A stretch of 64,000 nucleotides of DNA from Fidelibacterota bacterium (GTDB taxonomy: Bacteria; Fidelibacterota; Marinisomatia; Marinisomatales; Marinisomataceae), in contig BOWX01000001.1 of assembly GCA_019650355.1 (NCBI GenBank), positions 10,514-74,513 of the forward strand, in the 5' to 3' direction. The position numbers and the translations under genes were made by a program. The notes below the pieces were generated by a model. The model was not told the DNA's origin and searched no databases. It was given only the letters and a program-made list of their open reading frames with translations. Each line of letters begins with the position of its first letter. The stretch's first letter is position 1. Shown here one piece after another: positions 53,781-62,922 of the stretch.

Positions 53781-54646
53781 GTGAATATTCTTTTCCTTAT
53801 TATATATTTTTCCATTTTTCTGGTTGTTACATATTTTTTTAGAAATTCAATTATACAAAACATTTATAAACTGCCTATTATTCGAAAATCGTGGCAGCTA
53901 CCTGAAATGAATGCACATAGTGTAAATTTGATTAATAATGATAAACCTGTAGTTGTTTGTTGTGGTGATAGTATTACTCATGGACATATTGGATATGACT
54001 GGGTGAGTTCTTTAAGAAGAAGAGATGGTTCTAAAATTTATATAAATGCAGGTATAAATGCTGATCTAACTTGGAATTTAAATCAGAGAATCAATGATAT
54101 TATTAAGCATAATCCGGATTACATTACCATTTTAATTGGCACAAATGATGCAATAGGGAGTCAGCCTGTTAAATTAATTCAAGATTACTACATACAAACA
54201 AAAAATCTTCCACAAGCTCCTTCCATTGAATGGTTTGAAGAGCAAATTGAAATTTTTGTAAAAAAAATAAAAAAAAATACTACTGCCAAAATTGCTATTC
54301 AACTCTTCCATGGCTTGGTGAGCAAGAGGATGCATCTATAATGAGTATAATTAATAATTATAATGTTATAATTAAAAGAATTGCCTTGAAGTATGATATA
54401 TCAATCTTGGATTTATATTCAAAATTCAAAGAACAGATAAATGAAAATGATAGTGTTCCATATACTACTTCTGAACTTCGCAGGTTAAGAGGTTTGAGAG
54501 CTGTTATTTTGTACTATGTTTTTGGTTGGAGTTGGAACAGAATAGGCAAAAAATATAAGCTTCAACTACTTTGTGATCATATTCATTTGAATGAAAGAGG
54601 AGGAAGCTTGATGGAAAATATGGTTAAAAAATTCTTATCAGCATGA
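53781..54646 (+). CDS. SGNH/GDSL-family hydrolase with N-terminal membrane anchor; frameshift near 54290-54305
   Basis: Block I VVVCCGDSITHG and block III LIGTNDA. After ..TTAKIAI the conserved continuation LPWLGEQEDASIMSIINNYN... is in frame 2, continuous with listed ORF 54341..54646, which carries the block V DHIHLN. Confidence 0.7.
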
Positions 54647-54759
54647 ATTAATAATATTAATCATCTCCTAGACTACTTAATATCTGCCAAGCAAGTATGA
54701 TAAATAGTATTTCCACTAATCAAATTAATAAAACTAAAACAAAGTTAATACAAGCTAAT

Positions 54760-55071
54760 TTATGTCCTTACCGACACAATCTTTAAACCAGAACTTGTAC
54801 AGCGTAAAGTATAGTCAATTGGATTCATACCTCCGCAGTATACAGTTACATAATAATCATTTCCACTTTGTCTTACACTTCCGGTTGAAAAACGACAACC
54901 AACTGCACTTGCTCCAAGACCGTAGTTACTTCTTGCATGACTAAGTGCTTTCATATCTGCTGTACTTTTATAGCACTTTGAAGATTTACTTTTTGGTTTA
55001 CTCGGTATAATTAGAAGTAAAATAATTATACTTAATAACCCAATTATAACTATTAAAGCTTTTTTTTCCAT
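54760..55071 (-). CDS. hypothetical membrane-anchored small protein with 4-Cys ectodomain
   Basis: 103 aa. N-terminal TM/signal anchor (ALIVIIGLLSIIILLLII), then a Lys/Ser linker, then a ~70 aa domain with four Cys. It starts 4 nt after the upstream gene's stop. Confidence 0.4.
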   Translation of the reverse strand: MEKKALIVIIGLLSIIILLLIIPSKPKSKSSKCYKSTADMKALSHARSNYGLGASAVGCRFSTGSVRQSGNDYYVTVYCGGMNPIDYTLRCTSSGLKIVSVRT

Positions 55072-55075
55072 CTTA

Positions 55076-55357
55076 TTAATCCAATTCTTTTAAGGCATCG
55101 ACTAATTCATACTCTTTATCAAATCTTTCTTTCATGCCACCTTTTTCTTTAAGTAAAATATATCCATAAGATTTTGATCCAATGGCAACTTTATCTCCAT
55201 ATCGAGTATCATACCAATATTGATCGCCTTTGCTATCGATGATTACTTGATACCTGCCATTTTGGTTTTCTTCTTCATGATCATCAAATCCCATTAATAA
55301 AAATAAGTTTACTGTTGCTAATACACCTATGATAAAACTTTTAATTTCTAATTTCAT
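55076..55357 (-). CDS. hypothetical small secreted protein
   Basis: 93 aa. Signal-like N-terminus (FIIGVLATVNLFLLMG). An AGGAG Shine-Dalgarno lies 5 nt upstream of the ATG. No homology recognised. Confidence 0.45.
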   Translation of the reverse strand: MKLEIKSFIIGVLATVNLFLLMGFDDHEEENQNGRYQVIIDSKGDQYWYDTRYGDKVAIGSKSYGYILLKEKGGMKERFDKEYELVDALKELD

Positions 55358-55426
55358 ATTGTCTCCTAGTTATTTTTAATAAATATAAAGTATTAGACTT
55401 TTGAAATAAAGAAGGGAATTAATAAT

Positions 55427-55475
55427 GTACCCCGGACAAGATTTGAACCTGTGTCCTCGGATTAGAAATATGTTG
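55427..55475 (-). pseudogene. degenerate partial copy of the 3' part of tRNA-Arg(TCT) (att-like scar)
   Basis: Hand alignment to 55911-55960 gives 44 matches, 5 mismatches and 1 gap over 50 columns. It covers the 3' acceptor strand, T arm, variable region and anticodon loop. The 5' half of the tRNA is absent. Confidence 0.7.
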
Positions 55476-55503
55476 ATAATAAAGGAAAAAATTAAAAATA
55501 TTG

Positions 55504-55848
55504 TTATTCAATAGCATCTATCAGTTTTTTTGTAAGAATACCTAGTGCCTCATTATTATTTTCAATTCTTTTCTGAGTTTCCTTTAATTTTTTAAGACTA
55601 GCTGCCACTTCATCAAAATCTCCTACTCCATCATTTATGTACAAATAAATTTCAAAATATAATGCTCCGAATAAGGATATATCGCTACTAAGATCTTTAG
55701 CAGATAAGACAAGTTCTTGTTGTTGTAATAGAACACTTTCTTGAATAGTAAAATATTGATTTACTCTATTAATTATTTGAAATAATGATAATGAGAGAGT
55801 TATCATTAGAATAGATATAGAAATATTTAATATTTTTTTTGTCCACAT
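55504..55848 (-). CDS. hypothetical single-pass membrane protein
   Basis: 114 aa. N-terminal TM (ILNISISILMITLSLSLFQII), with the remainder predicted helical. It is the only ORF between the tRNA-Arg gene and its partial copy. Confidence 0.35.
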   Translation of the reverse strand: MWTKKILNISISILMITLSLSLFQIINRVNQYFTIQESVLLQQQELVLSAKDLSSDISLFGALYFEIYLYINDGVGDFDEVAASLKKLKETQKRIENNNEALGILTKKLIDAIE

Positions 55849-55911
55849 ATAAATATAATAATGATATTTGGGAATTAAATATTTTTAAAAGCGAAAAAGG
55901 GTTTGTCGTTG

Positions 55912-55985
55912 TACCCCGGACAGGATTCGAACCTGTGACCTACGGATTAGAAATCCGTTGCTCTATCCAGCTGAGCTACCGGGGC
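55912..55985 (-). tRNA. tRNA-Arg (anticodon TCT)
   Basis: The reverse complement folds as acceptor GCCCCGG/CCGGGGT (G1-U72 wobble), D arm GCTCAGCTGGATAGAGC, anticodon arm ACGGA-TTTCTAA-TCCGT, T arm ACAGGTTCGAATCCTGT and discriminator A. 74 nt, no encoded CCA. Confidence 0.9.
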
Positions 55986-56066
55986 ATGCGCCAAATTTAA
56001 CTAATTAATAAAAATTTTAAAGCATTTTTGTAAAATTCTTCCGAGGGGACTCCGACGAGAAATTTC

Positions 56067-56095
56067 TTGCAAAAAATCAAGTTTAGTAGTAGAAT
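56067..56095 (+). promoter_or_regulatory. sigma-70-type promoter of the 75-aa repeat-protein gene
   Basis: TTGCAA (56067-56072), a 17-nt spacer, then TAGAAT (56090-56095). It is followed by AAGGAG (56126-56131), which lies 6 nt before the ATG at 56138. Confidence 0.5.
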
Positions 56096-56137
56096 ATTGA
56101 AATTAGCTTATTCACTAAACTTTTTAAGGAGAATATA

Positions 56138-56365
56138 ATGGCTGAAAAAGTAAAAACATGTGGTGTTAGTAAAGAAAAAGGCTATCTATACTATTTAGGT
56201 AAAGATGGTAATGTATGGCGCTCAGGTATGTCAAGAGGCGGATCTGGTGGCGGTAATGCTGAAAAAGTTGCTGACGCAGGTGTAACACGTGAAAGTGGTT
56301 ACCTATACTTCATCGATAAAGACGGTGATGTATCTCGCGCACCTATGGCTAGAGGTAGAGGTTAA
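56138..56365 (+). CDS. small Gly/Arg-rich protein built from two tandem ~35-aa repeats (unknown function)
   Basis: aa 2-35 (AEKVKTCGVSKEKGYLYYLGKDGNVWRSGMSRGG) and aa 41-75 (AEKVADAGVTRESGYLYFIDKDGDVSRAPMARGRG) align without gaps. Own promoter, strong SD, strong terminator. No signal peptide. Confidence 0.7.
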   Translation: MAEKVKTCGVSKEKGYLYYLGKDGNVWRSGMSRGGSGGGNAEKVADAGVTRESGYLYFIDKDGDVSRAPMARGRG

Positions 56366-56392
56366 TAAACTTTTATCTTATTAGGTTTAATT

Positions 56393-56425
56393 AAAAAAAG
56401 GAGCATTTCGATGCTCCTTTTTTTT
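56393..56425. terminator. bidirectional rho-independent terminator
   Basis: An A7 run, the stem GGAGCAT / ATGCTCC (56400-56406 / 56411-56417) with a TTCG tetraloop, then a T8 run. The symmetric A/T flanks let it work for both convergent genes. Confidence 0.85.
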
Positions 56426-57042
56426 ATTTTACTATAGAATTTTTGTGGCTTCCAACAATACCACTGGAAACAATCATTCTGAATCCTTCTTCAACATCTA
56501 CATCTGCAGGCGTAGTATCTTCTTTTGGAATAATTAGAAAAAATCCTGATGTTGGATTTGGTGTAGTTGGAACAAATAAATGATAAAACTCTTCATTATT
56601 TTCGTTTGTTGACTCGCTAGTTACAAAACCTAAAGTCCATGTACCTTTTCTTGGATATTCAACGTATACAACTTTTTTAAAAGAGTTATTCTGAGATCCG
56701 GATACTGTTTCAATGATTTGTTTTGTTGTACCATAAATTGTATCAATTAAAGGAATTTTTTAAAAATTCCTTCAAACCAGTCAACAACCCTTTTTCCAAA
56801 ACATTTCTAGCTAAAGCTCCAAAAATGATAAGAGCCAATAAAACAATTAAAAGACCTACAATTGAGCTGATAATACCGAAACCTGGAAAAGTCACATTAA
56901 CAAATCTTTCCAGTGGCTCTGCAACAGTTCCACCAAGCCAAATAGTTATTTCTAATGTAACTTGAATAACATAAACAGTTAGCGCTAGGGGTACAATAGT
57001 TGCTATACCAGCGAGAAGGTTTGATTTAATTTTTTCAACCAT
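56424..57042 (-). CDS. DUF502-family membrane protein; frameshift in the T6 run at 56756-56761
   Basis: The N-terminal part (listed ORF 56743..57042) has two TM helices. On the reverse strand the text continues in another frame as PLIDTIYGTTKQIIETVS...VVYVEYPRKGTWTLGFVT...FVPTTPNPTSGFFLIIPKED...MIVSSG, which is the conserved DUF502 core. Confidence 0.65.
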
Positions 57043-57067
57043 AATTTAATTTATTATAAAATAGGCT

Positions 57068-57949
57068 CTATTTCCTATATATAAGTATAGAACTTCCAAG
57101 AATAAATAAGGTTCCAATAATTTCTTTTGTTGTAAGTATTTCTCCTAAAAATACCCAACCAAGTAGTATGGCAACTATTGGAGGGAAGATAGCAACATAA
57201 GTAACTTGTGTTACATTAAGGTATTGGTACAGCCAGAAATAAATCCCCCAAGAAATAAATCCTCCAAAAATTATAAGATATAATGTTGAAAGTATAAGCT
57301 CATTTGTCCATAATATAACTGAAGTATCTTCTTTTACTAGAAATGACATAGAAAGCATTACAAAGCCTGTTAATACCTGACAAACAGCATTCATTTGATA
57401 CGGACCAACTTCGTCATTGTATTTTTTATAAAGAACACTTGGATATGCTGCTATAATAATTACTGCAATTAAAACAAGAATTGCCAAAAACGATTGAGAG
57501 GCTAAATCAATTTCTTGATTAGTACTCATAATTATAACTCCTGTAAGACCAGTAAATAGAGCTGCAATTTTATTTTTATTCAATCTTTCATTAGGATCAT
57601 CTTTAATCATAAAATGAGCCATTAAGCTTGTAAAGAGTGGAAATAGACCCCATAGAATCGATGAGATGCTAGAAAAAATATATTGAGTAGCCCAATAAGT
57701 CATTCCATAAGATAGACTGAAGTTTAATAGTCCAAATGAGAGATATAATTTTATTGCTTGTGGAGTAAATGGTATAGATAAATTTTTATAATAAATATAT
57801 AAGTAAAAAATAATTCCAGAAAAAAGAAATCTTAATCCCACTCCATAAAAAGGTGGAACTCCAGCATTTAAAGAAATTTTAATGAAATACCATGTTGAAC
57901 CCCAAATCACGCACAGAGCAATGAATGGAAATAAAATTTTATTATTCAT
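57068..57949 (-). CDS. DMT-superfamily (EamA-like) transporter
   Basis: 293 aa, 10 hydrophobic segments arranged as two EamA-type halves. Confidence 0.7.
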   Translation of the reverse strand: MNNKILFPFIALCVIWGSTWYFIKISLNAGVPPFYGVGLRFLFSGIIFYLYIYYKNLSIPFTPQAIKLYLSFGLLNFSLSYGMTYWATQYIFSSISSILWGLFPLFTSLMAHFMIKDDPNERLNKNKIAALFTGLTGVIIMSTNQEIDLASQSFLAILVLIAVIIIAAYPSVLYKKYNDEVGPYQMNAVCQVLTGFVMLSMSFLVKEDTSVILWTNELILSTLYLIIFGGFISWGIYFWLYQYLNVTQVTYVAIFPPIVAILLGWVFLGEILTTKEIIGTLFILGSSILIYRK

Positions 57950-58872
57950 TATTTATTAGAAGATTGGTAGATGGTTGCAAGCAATGCACTAGCAATATAA
58001 ATACTAGAATAAGTACCTACAATGACACCAACTAACATAGTAAAAGAGAATGGTCTTATTACTTCACCGCCATAAACGAGCAAAACAATAATAACAAACA
58101 GTGTCGTTAAAGAAGTAATTAAAGTTCTGCTTAGGGATTGATTAATGCTTTTATTAATAGTTGATTCAAACATTACAGTACCAGATGATTTCATATTTTC
58201 TCTAATTCTATCTAAAATAACAATTGTATCATTTAAGGAGTATCCAACAATAGTTAAAAAAGCAGCAACCGTACTTAGTGTAATTTCAAAACCAGTTAGA
58301 GAAAAAATTCCTAATGTAATGACAACATCATGAACTAATGCTAAAATAGCTCCTAAAGCAAATCTAAACTCAAACCTTACAGATATATAAAACAAAATTA
58401 AGACTAAAGCAGATACAACAGACCAAAATGCTTTTCCACTTAATTCAGATCCTACTTTAGGACTTACTGAACCTAGTGAAAGAATAAAATCATTTTTGTT
58501 TTCTGGTGCTTTTGCTGACATAGAATCATACAAATGATTAATAACTATTTGACCAAAGTTTTCAGGTTCATTATCAAGAGATTTTATTTTAATCATAACA
58601 TCACTTTGACTTCCAAAATATTTAATTTCTTCTCCACTTAAATCTACTAAGCTATCATTTAAAGATACTGATTTAAGTGAACTTCTTACTTCTTGAATGG
58701 ATACATCCTCAGAAAAACTAACTCCAATTGCTGTTCCACCTTTAAAGTCAATGCCAAGATTCACGCCCATAAGGAGAAGTATAATTGATCCAAATGCTAA
58801 CACGGACGAGAGACCAAATCCAAATGATTTGAACTTCATAAAATTGATTTTAGTGTTTTCCATGAATTTCAT
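57949..58872 (-). CDS. secF: protein translocase subunit SecF
   Basis: GIDFKGGT, the 6-TM C-terminal block with YSLNDTIVILDRIREN, and position downstream of secD. Confidence 0.9.
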   Translation of the reverse strand: MKFMENTKINFMKFKSFGFGLSSVLAFGSIILLLMGVNLGIDFKGGTAIGVSFSEDVSIQEVRSSLKSVSLNDSLVDLSGEEIKYFGSQSDVMIKIKSLDNEPENFGQIVINHLYDSMSAKAPENKNDFILSLGSVSPKVGSELSGKAFWSVVSALVLILFYISVRFEFRFALGAILALVHDVVITLGIFSLTGFEITLSTVAAFLTIVGYSLNDTIVILDRIRENMKSSGTVMFESTINKSINQSLSRTLITSLTTLFVIIVLLVYGGEVIRPFSFTMLVGVIVGTYSSIYIASALLATIYQSSNK

Positions 58873-58874
58873 AA

Positions 58875-60671
58875 TTATATACTCAGTCTTTCTATATTTT
58901 TTCTCGTTGTTACAAAATCAAACACAAATCTTGTTACAATAATAGCAGTAAACATACTTACAATAATTCCCCAGAAGAGAACAGTTGCAAAACCTTTTAT
59001 TGGACCACTACCATATTGATAAAGTACTGCTGCTGCTATACCTGTAGTTAAATTAGCATCTACAATTGTTCTAATTGCTCTTTCATAACCAGAATCAATA
59101 GCTGATCTAACAGATTTACCATTTCGCAGTTCTTCTTTAATTCTTTCAAAAATAATAACATTAGCATCAACAGACATACCCACAGTTAATATTAGACCTG
59201 CGATTCCAGGAAGAGTTAATGTTGCCTCTAAAAGTGCTAAGACACCTAGCAATAAAATTAAAGTCCACATAACAGAGAAGCTTGCAATTAAACCTGACAT
59301 CTTATAGAAAAATACAATGAAGCATACCACTAGAAGTAAACCAATTGCCATTGATAGTGTACCTTTGCTAATTGAATCTGCTCCTAAAGATGCTCCAACA
59401 GTTCTTTCTTCAGCAATTGTAACGGGAACAGGTAAGGCACCCGCTCTTAAAACAATAGCAATATCTTCTGCTTCTTCTATGGAATCTAACCCTTCAATAA
59501 CAGTTCCTCCGCCAAAAATTTGACTTCTAATGACAGGAGCCATATGCACTTTCTTATCAAGTACAATAGCAATTCTATTGTTTATATTAGCACCTGTAAT
59601 TCTAGCCCATTCTCTGGAACCTTCACTATTCATTTCAACTTCAACAACAGCTTGTCCAGCAGTTACTCCTGCTTGACTTAATCTCATTTGAGCATCTTCA
59701 ATTACTCCTCCAGTGAGCTCAGCATTATTAAATAAATGGAATAGTGTATAAAATTCTTCTTCTTCACCAATTTCATTTACAAGCTTGATTGAAGAGTCAC
59801 TTGTTAAAATGGTACTATTGGTTGCTTCTAAAATTTGTTTAACATCTTCCTTAGATAAAATATCTTTAAGAGCAGTTAAGTCTTTTGAAGCAATTGCTAG
59901 GTTTCCTCCAACCGATATCAATAATGAAGAAAATCCTAGTTCAGATGATGAGCTTGAATCAAATAATTCATTAATTTCATCATTTTGGCTATTATCATTA
60001 CCATTTGAAGCTGTCATAATACTATCAATTTGTCTAATGATTGCATTTGTACTTTCAACATTTTTAACAATCATCAATTCTAATAATGCTGTACTTTGAA
60101 GAAGATCTCTAGCTCTTTCTGAATCTTCAATTCCTGCTAACTCTACAATAACTCTATTGTTTCCTTGTTTTTGAATTGTTGGTTCAGCCACACCAAATTG
60201 GTCTACACGATTTTGAATAATTTCAATAACTCTTTTAATGGAATCTTCAGATTGTAAAGATAGTTGAGTGATTATTTGGTCTTTTGTTTTTCCGTAATTA
60301 ATAAAATATCTTGGAAGTTTTAATTCTTTTTCATCTGCTAAGTTTTCAAAGACAGAAAAAAAATCACTTGAAGAGTTATTATATTCATTTTTTAAATCAA
60401 TTAAAAACTCATTAAAATTATTATCTTTATTTTTAGCTAAGTTATCAATCAATTGTGGAAGATCTACTTCAAGAACAATATAAATTCCACCTTTTAAGTC
60501 TAATCCTTGTTTGATACTTCTTGACTCAAAATAATCTATTTGTTCATCAGAAAGATTTGATTTTTTCTCTTCATCCATCAATGAATATCTTAATGATGGA
60601 AGAAGAGCATATATTCCTAATCCAAAAACAAACAATATTGTTAATAATCTATTTCTTATTGAACTATCCAT
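58875..60671 (-). CDS. secD: protein translocase subunit SecD
   Basis: GLDLKGGIYIVLEVD, a large periplasmic domain, and C-terminal TMs with GMSVDANVIIFERIKEE. Confidence 0.9.
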   Translation of the reverse strand: MDSSIRNRLLTILFVFGLGIYALLPSLRYSLMDEEKKSNLSDEQIDYFESRSIKQGLDLKGGIYIVLEVDLPQLIDNLAKNKDNNFNEFLIDLKNEYNNSSSDFFSVFENLADEKELKLPRYFINYGKTKDQIITQLSLQSEDSIKRVIEIIQNRVDQFGVAEPTIQKQGNNRVIVELAGIEDSERARDLLQSTALLELMIVKNVESTNAIIRQIDSIMTASNGNDNSQNDEINELFDSSSSSELGFSSLLISVGGNLAIASKDLTALKDILSKEDVKQILEATNSTILTSDSSIKLVNEIGEEEEFYTLFHLFNNAELTGGVIEDAQMRLSQAGVTAGQAVVEVEMNSEGSREWARITGANINNRIAIVLDKKVHMAPVIRSQIFGGGTVIEGLDSIEEAEDIAIVLRAGALPVPVTIAEERTVGASLGADSISKGTLSMAIGLLLVVCFIVFFYKMSGLIASFSVMWTLILLLGVLALLEATLTLPGIAGLILTVGMSVDANVIIFERIKEELRNGKSVRSAIDSGYERAIRTIVDANLTTGIAAAVLYQYGSGPIKGFATVLFWGIIVSMFTAIIVTRFVFDFVTTRKNIERLSI

Positions 60672-60715
60672 AAGTGAGAGAATTTAACACATTAAGATAT
60701 TTTTTCACTATTTTT

Positions 60716-61891
60716 TTAAATAATATTTAGAGCTTTACCGCATTCCTTAAAAGCTCTAATTGAATGTTTTAATTGATCTTTGGTATGAGAAGAAGATAAT
60801 TGCACCCTTATCCTTGCTTGATTTTTTGGAACAACGGGAAATGAAAATGGAATTACATAAATATTTTTTTCTAATAACATTTCAGACAAAGCAACTGCTT
60901 GCTTTGCATCATAAATCATTATCGGGACAATTGGATGTGAATCTCCTTTTACTTCATAGCCAATTTCAGTGATTTGTTCTCTAAAGTATAATGTATTATC
61001 ATGAAGCTTCGTGATAAGGTTTTTGTTATTATTGATTATTTCAAGTGCTTTTAAGCATGCTACTACCAATGCTGGTGCTAAGCTATTTGAAAAAAGGTAA
61101 GGTCTAGATTTTTGTCTAAGCGTATCTACAATATTTTTGATGCAGAGATAAATCCTCCCGAGCTCCTCCAAGAGCCTTACCAAAAGTTGAAGAAATAATA
61201 TCAACTTCATCTAAAACTCCACAATGTTCTCCACTTCCTTTTCCATTTGTTCCAATAAAGCCAGTAGCATGACAATCATCTACCATAACTAATGCATTAT
61301 ATTTTTGGCTAATTGAACAATCAAGTCTACAGGTGCAATTGTTCCGTCCATGCTAAAAACTCCATCTGTAACAATCAGCTTAACCCTTGCATCTGAATTA
61401 CTTAACTTTTCTTGCAAATCATCCATATCACAATTTTTATATCTAAACTTTTGAGCTTTACTCAGTCTGATTCCATCGATGATTGATGCATGATTTAATT
61501 CGTCAGAAAAAACAGCATCTTCTTGTTCTAAAATTGTTTCAAATAGACCACCATTTGCGTCAAAACATGATGAATATAATATTGTATCTTCCTTGCCTAA
61601 AAAATCACTTACTGATTGTTCTAATTCTTTATGAATTGTTTGAGTACCGCATATAAATCTAACTGAACCTAATCCAAACCCCCACTCTTGTATAGCTTTT
61701 ATAGCTGCTTCCCTAATTTCACTATTATTTGCCAAACCTAAATAATTATTTGCGCAAAAATTTAATACCTTTTTGCCATTTACGTTAATTTCTGACTCTT
61801 GAGCAGTTTCAATAATTCTTTCATTCTTGTAGGTGCCCTGCTCTTTAATGTCATTTAGTTGAGATTGTAGTATTTGATCTATTTCTTTCAT
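60716..61891 (-). CDS. kbl: glycine C-acetyltransferase (2-amino-3-ketobutyrate CoA ligase); three frameshifts
   Basis: The N-terminal part is listed ORF 61289..61891 ([30 protein letters not shown]). The middle part, [29 protein letters not shown]...[10 protein letters not shown] (the PLP lysine region), lies in a different frame. The C-terminal part is listed ORF 60716..61210 ([11 protein letters not shown]). Frame switches lie at the T-run 61302-61306, at ~61158-61163 and at the T-run 61134-61138. Confidence 0.8.
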
Positions 61892-61893
61892 TT

Positions 61894-62844
61894 TTATTTA
61901 TTTATTATTGAATTTAAAAATTCTTCAAGGCTAATATTACTTGAAAAATTCCAAAATTTTTTAGCTTTTTCACAATTTAGACTCGAGGGCCAAGTATCTG
62001 CAACCGATTGAAAATTTTTATCTTCATTGAATTTAATTTTAAAAGAAGGAAATTTTCCCACCAAAAAATCACTTAGTTGTTCAACAGAAAAACTAGCTTC
62101 TTGAACATTAAACACTCTCAATTTTGACTCAATTATTTCTAAATTCATTATATCAATAATAGATGATATTGTTTTATCTATTCCTATAAATGGTAGTTTT
62201 GTGTTTGGAGATAACTTGCATTCAAATTTTTCACCTTTTTTTGCACAATTTATCATTTGTGGAGCATAATCTGTAGTACCTCCAGATGGAACAGTATCAT
62301 AACTTATTACTCCTGGAAATCTAATTGATCTAAAATCTAATCCAATTTTTTTAAATAGACTTTCTTCATGTAATTTACTTCCATATTGTTCAATGATAAG
62401 TTTATTGTTTCCGTAAATTGTTGTTGGTTTAATAATATCTTGCTCTGAAGCATTTTCAATTTTTCTTGGACCATAAACAGCAATTGAGCTAGGGAAAAAG
62501 AATCTTGTTTTACAATTATTTTTTATTCCAAAAGTGTATGAACAATCAATTAAGTTTTTTGATGCTTTTTCGTTTATTTCAAATGCTAATTTAGGGTTTT
62601 GAGAAGCTGTTTGGCTTAGTAGTGCAGCAAAGTGATAAACTTCAGTAATATGATAATCGTTAAATATTGAATTTATCAGTTCATTATTAGTTATTGAATC
62701 TTTGATGTATTTAACAGAATGAATTTTTTCTTTTGGATTATTTATATCTAAAGCAATAATTGATTTACCTATGCTAACTAATTCTTTAAGTGCCTTACTA
62801 CCTAATTCGCCATTGTATCCAGTAATTAATATTCTTTCTTTCAC
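61894..62844 (-). CDS. tdh: NAD-dependent epimerase/dehydratase-family protein, probable SDR-type L-threonine 3-dehydrogenase
   Basis: [12 protein letters not shown] is a Rossmann motif. UDP-glucose-4-epimerase-like length (316 aa). Immediately upstream of kbl, the known pairing for SDR-type Tdh. Confidence 0.55.
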   Translation of the reverse strand: MKERILITGYNGELGSKALKELVSIGKSIIALDINNPKEKIHSVKYIKDSITNNELINSIFNDYHITEVYHFAALLSQTASQNPKLAFEINEKASKNLIDCSYTFGIKNNCKTRFFFPSSIAVYGPRKIENASEQDIIKPTTIYGNNKLIIEQYGSKLHEESLFKKIGLDFRSIRFPGVISYDTVPSGGTTDYAPQMINCAKKGEKFECKLSPNTKLPFIGIDKTISSIIDIMNLEIIESKLRVFNVQEASFSVEQLSDFLVGKFPSFKIKFNEDKNFQSVADTWPSSLNCEKAKKFWNFSSNISLEEFLNSIINK

Positions 62845-62922
62845 TCTTAAAGTTAAGTTAGATAAAATGATTTTTTAAAAACTTTGTATTACCCTTATTT
62901 ACCGATTAAATTTTTCATTCAT

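Noticed and set aside
54137-54152. Sigma-54-like element TGGCAC-N5-ATGCA.
   Set aside because: It lies inside the SGNH hydrolase CDS, where it encodes the conserved block III (IGTNDA). The -12 element is imperfect, and no downstream gene start fits.
56041-56060. GC-rich patch CCGAGGGGACTCCGACGAG upstream of the 75-aa gene, as a possible hairpin or operator.
   Set aside because: The two halves are not complementary when paired by hand, and I found no repeat partner. It is probably just the tRNA-Arg upstream/promoter region.
54700-56430. An intact prophage or integrative element at tRNA-Arg.
   Set aside because: No integrase, excisionase, phage structural, conjugation or transposase gene occurs here or elsewhere in the window. 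Only a degenerate att-like repeat and tiny orphan ORFs remain.
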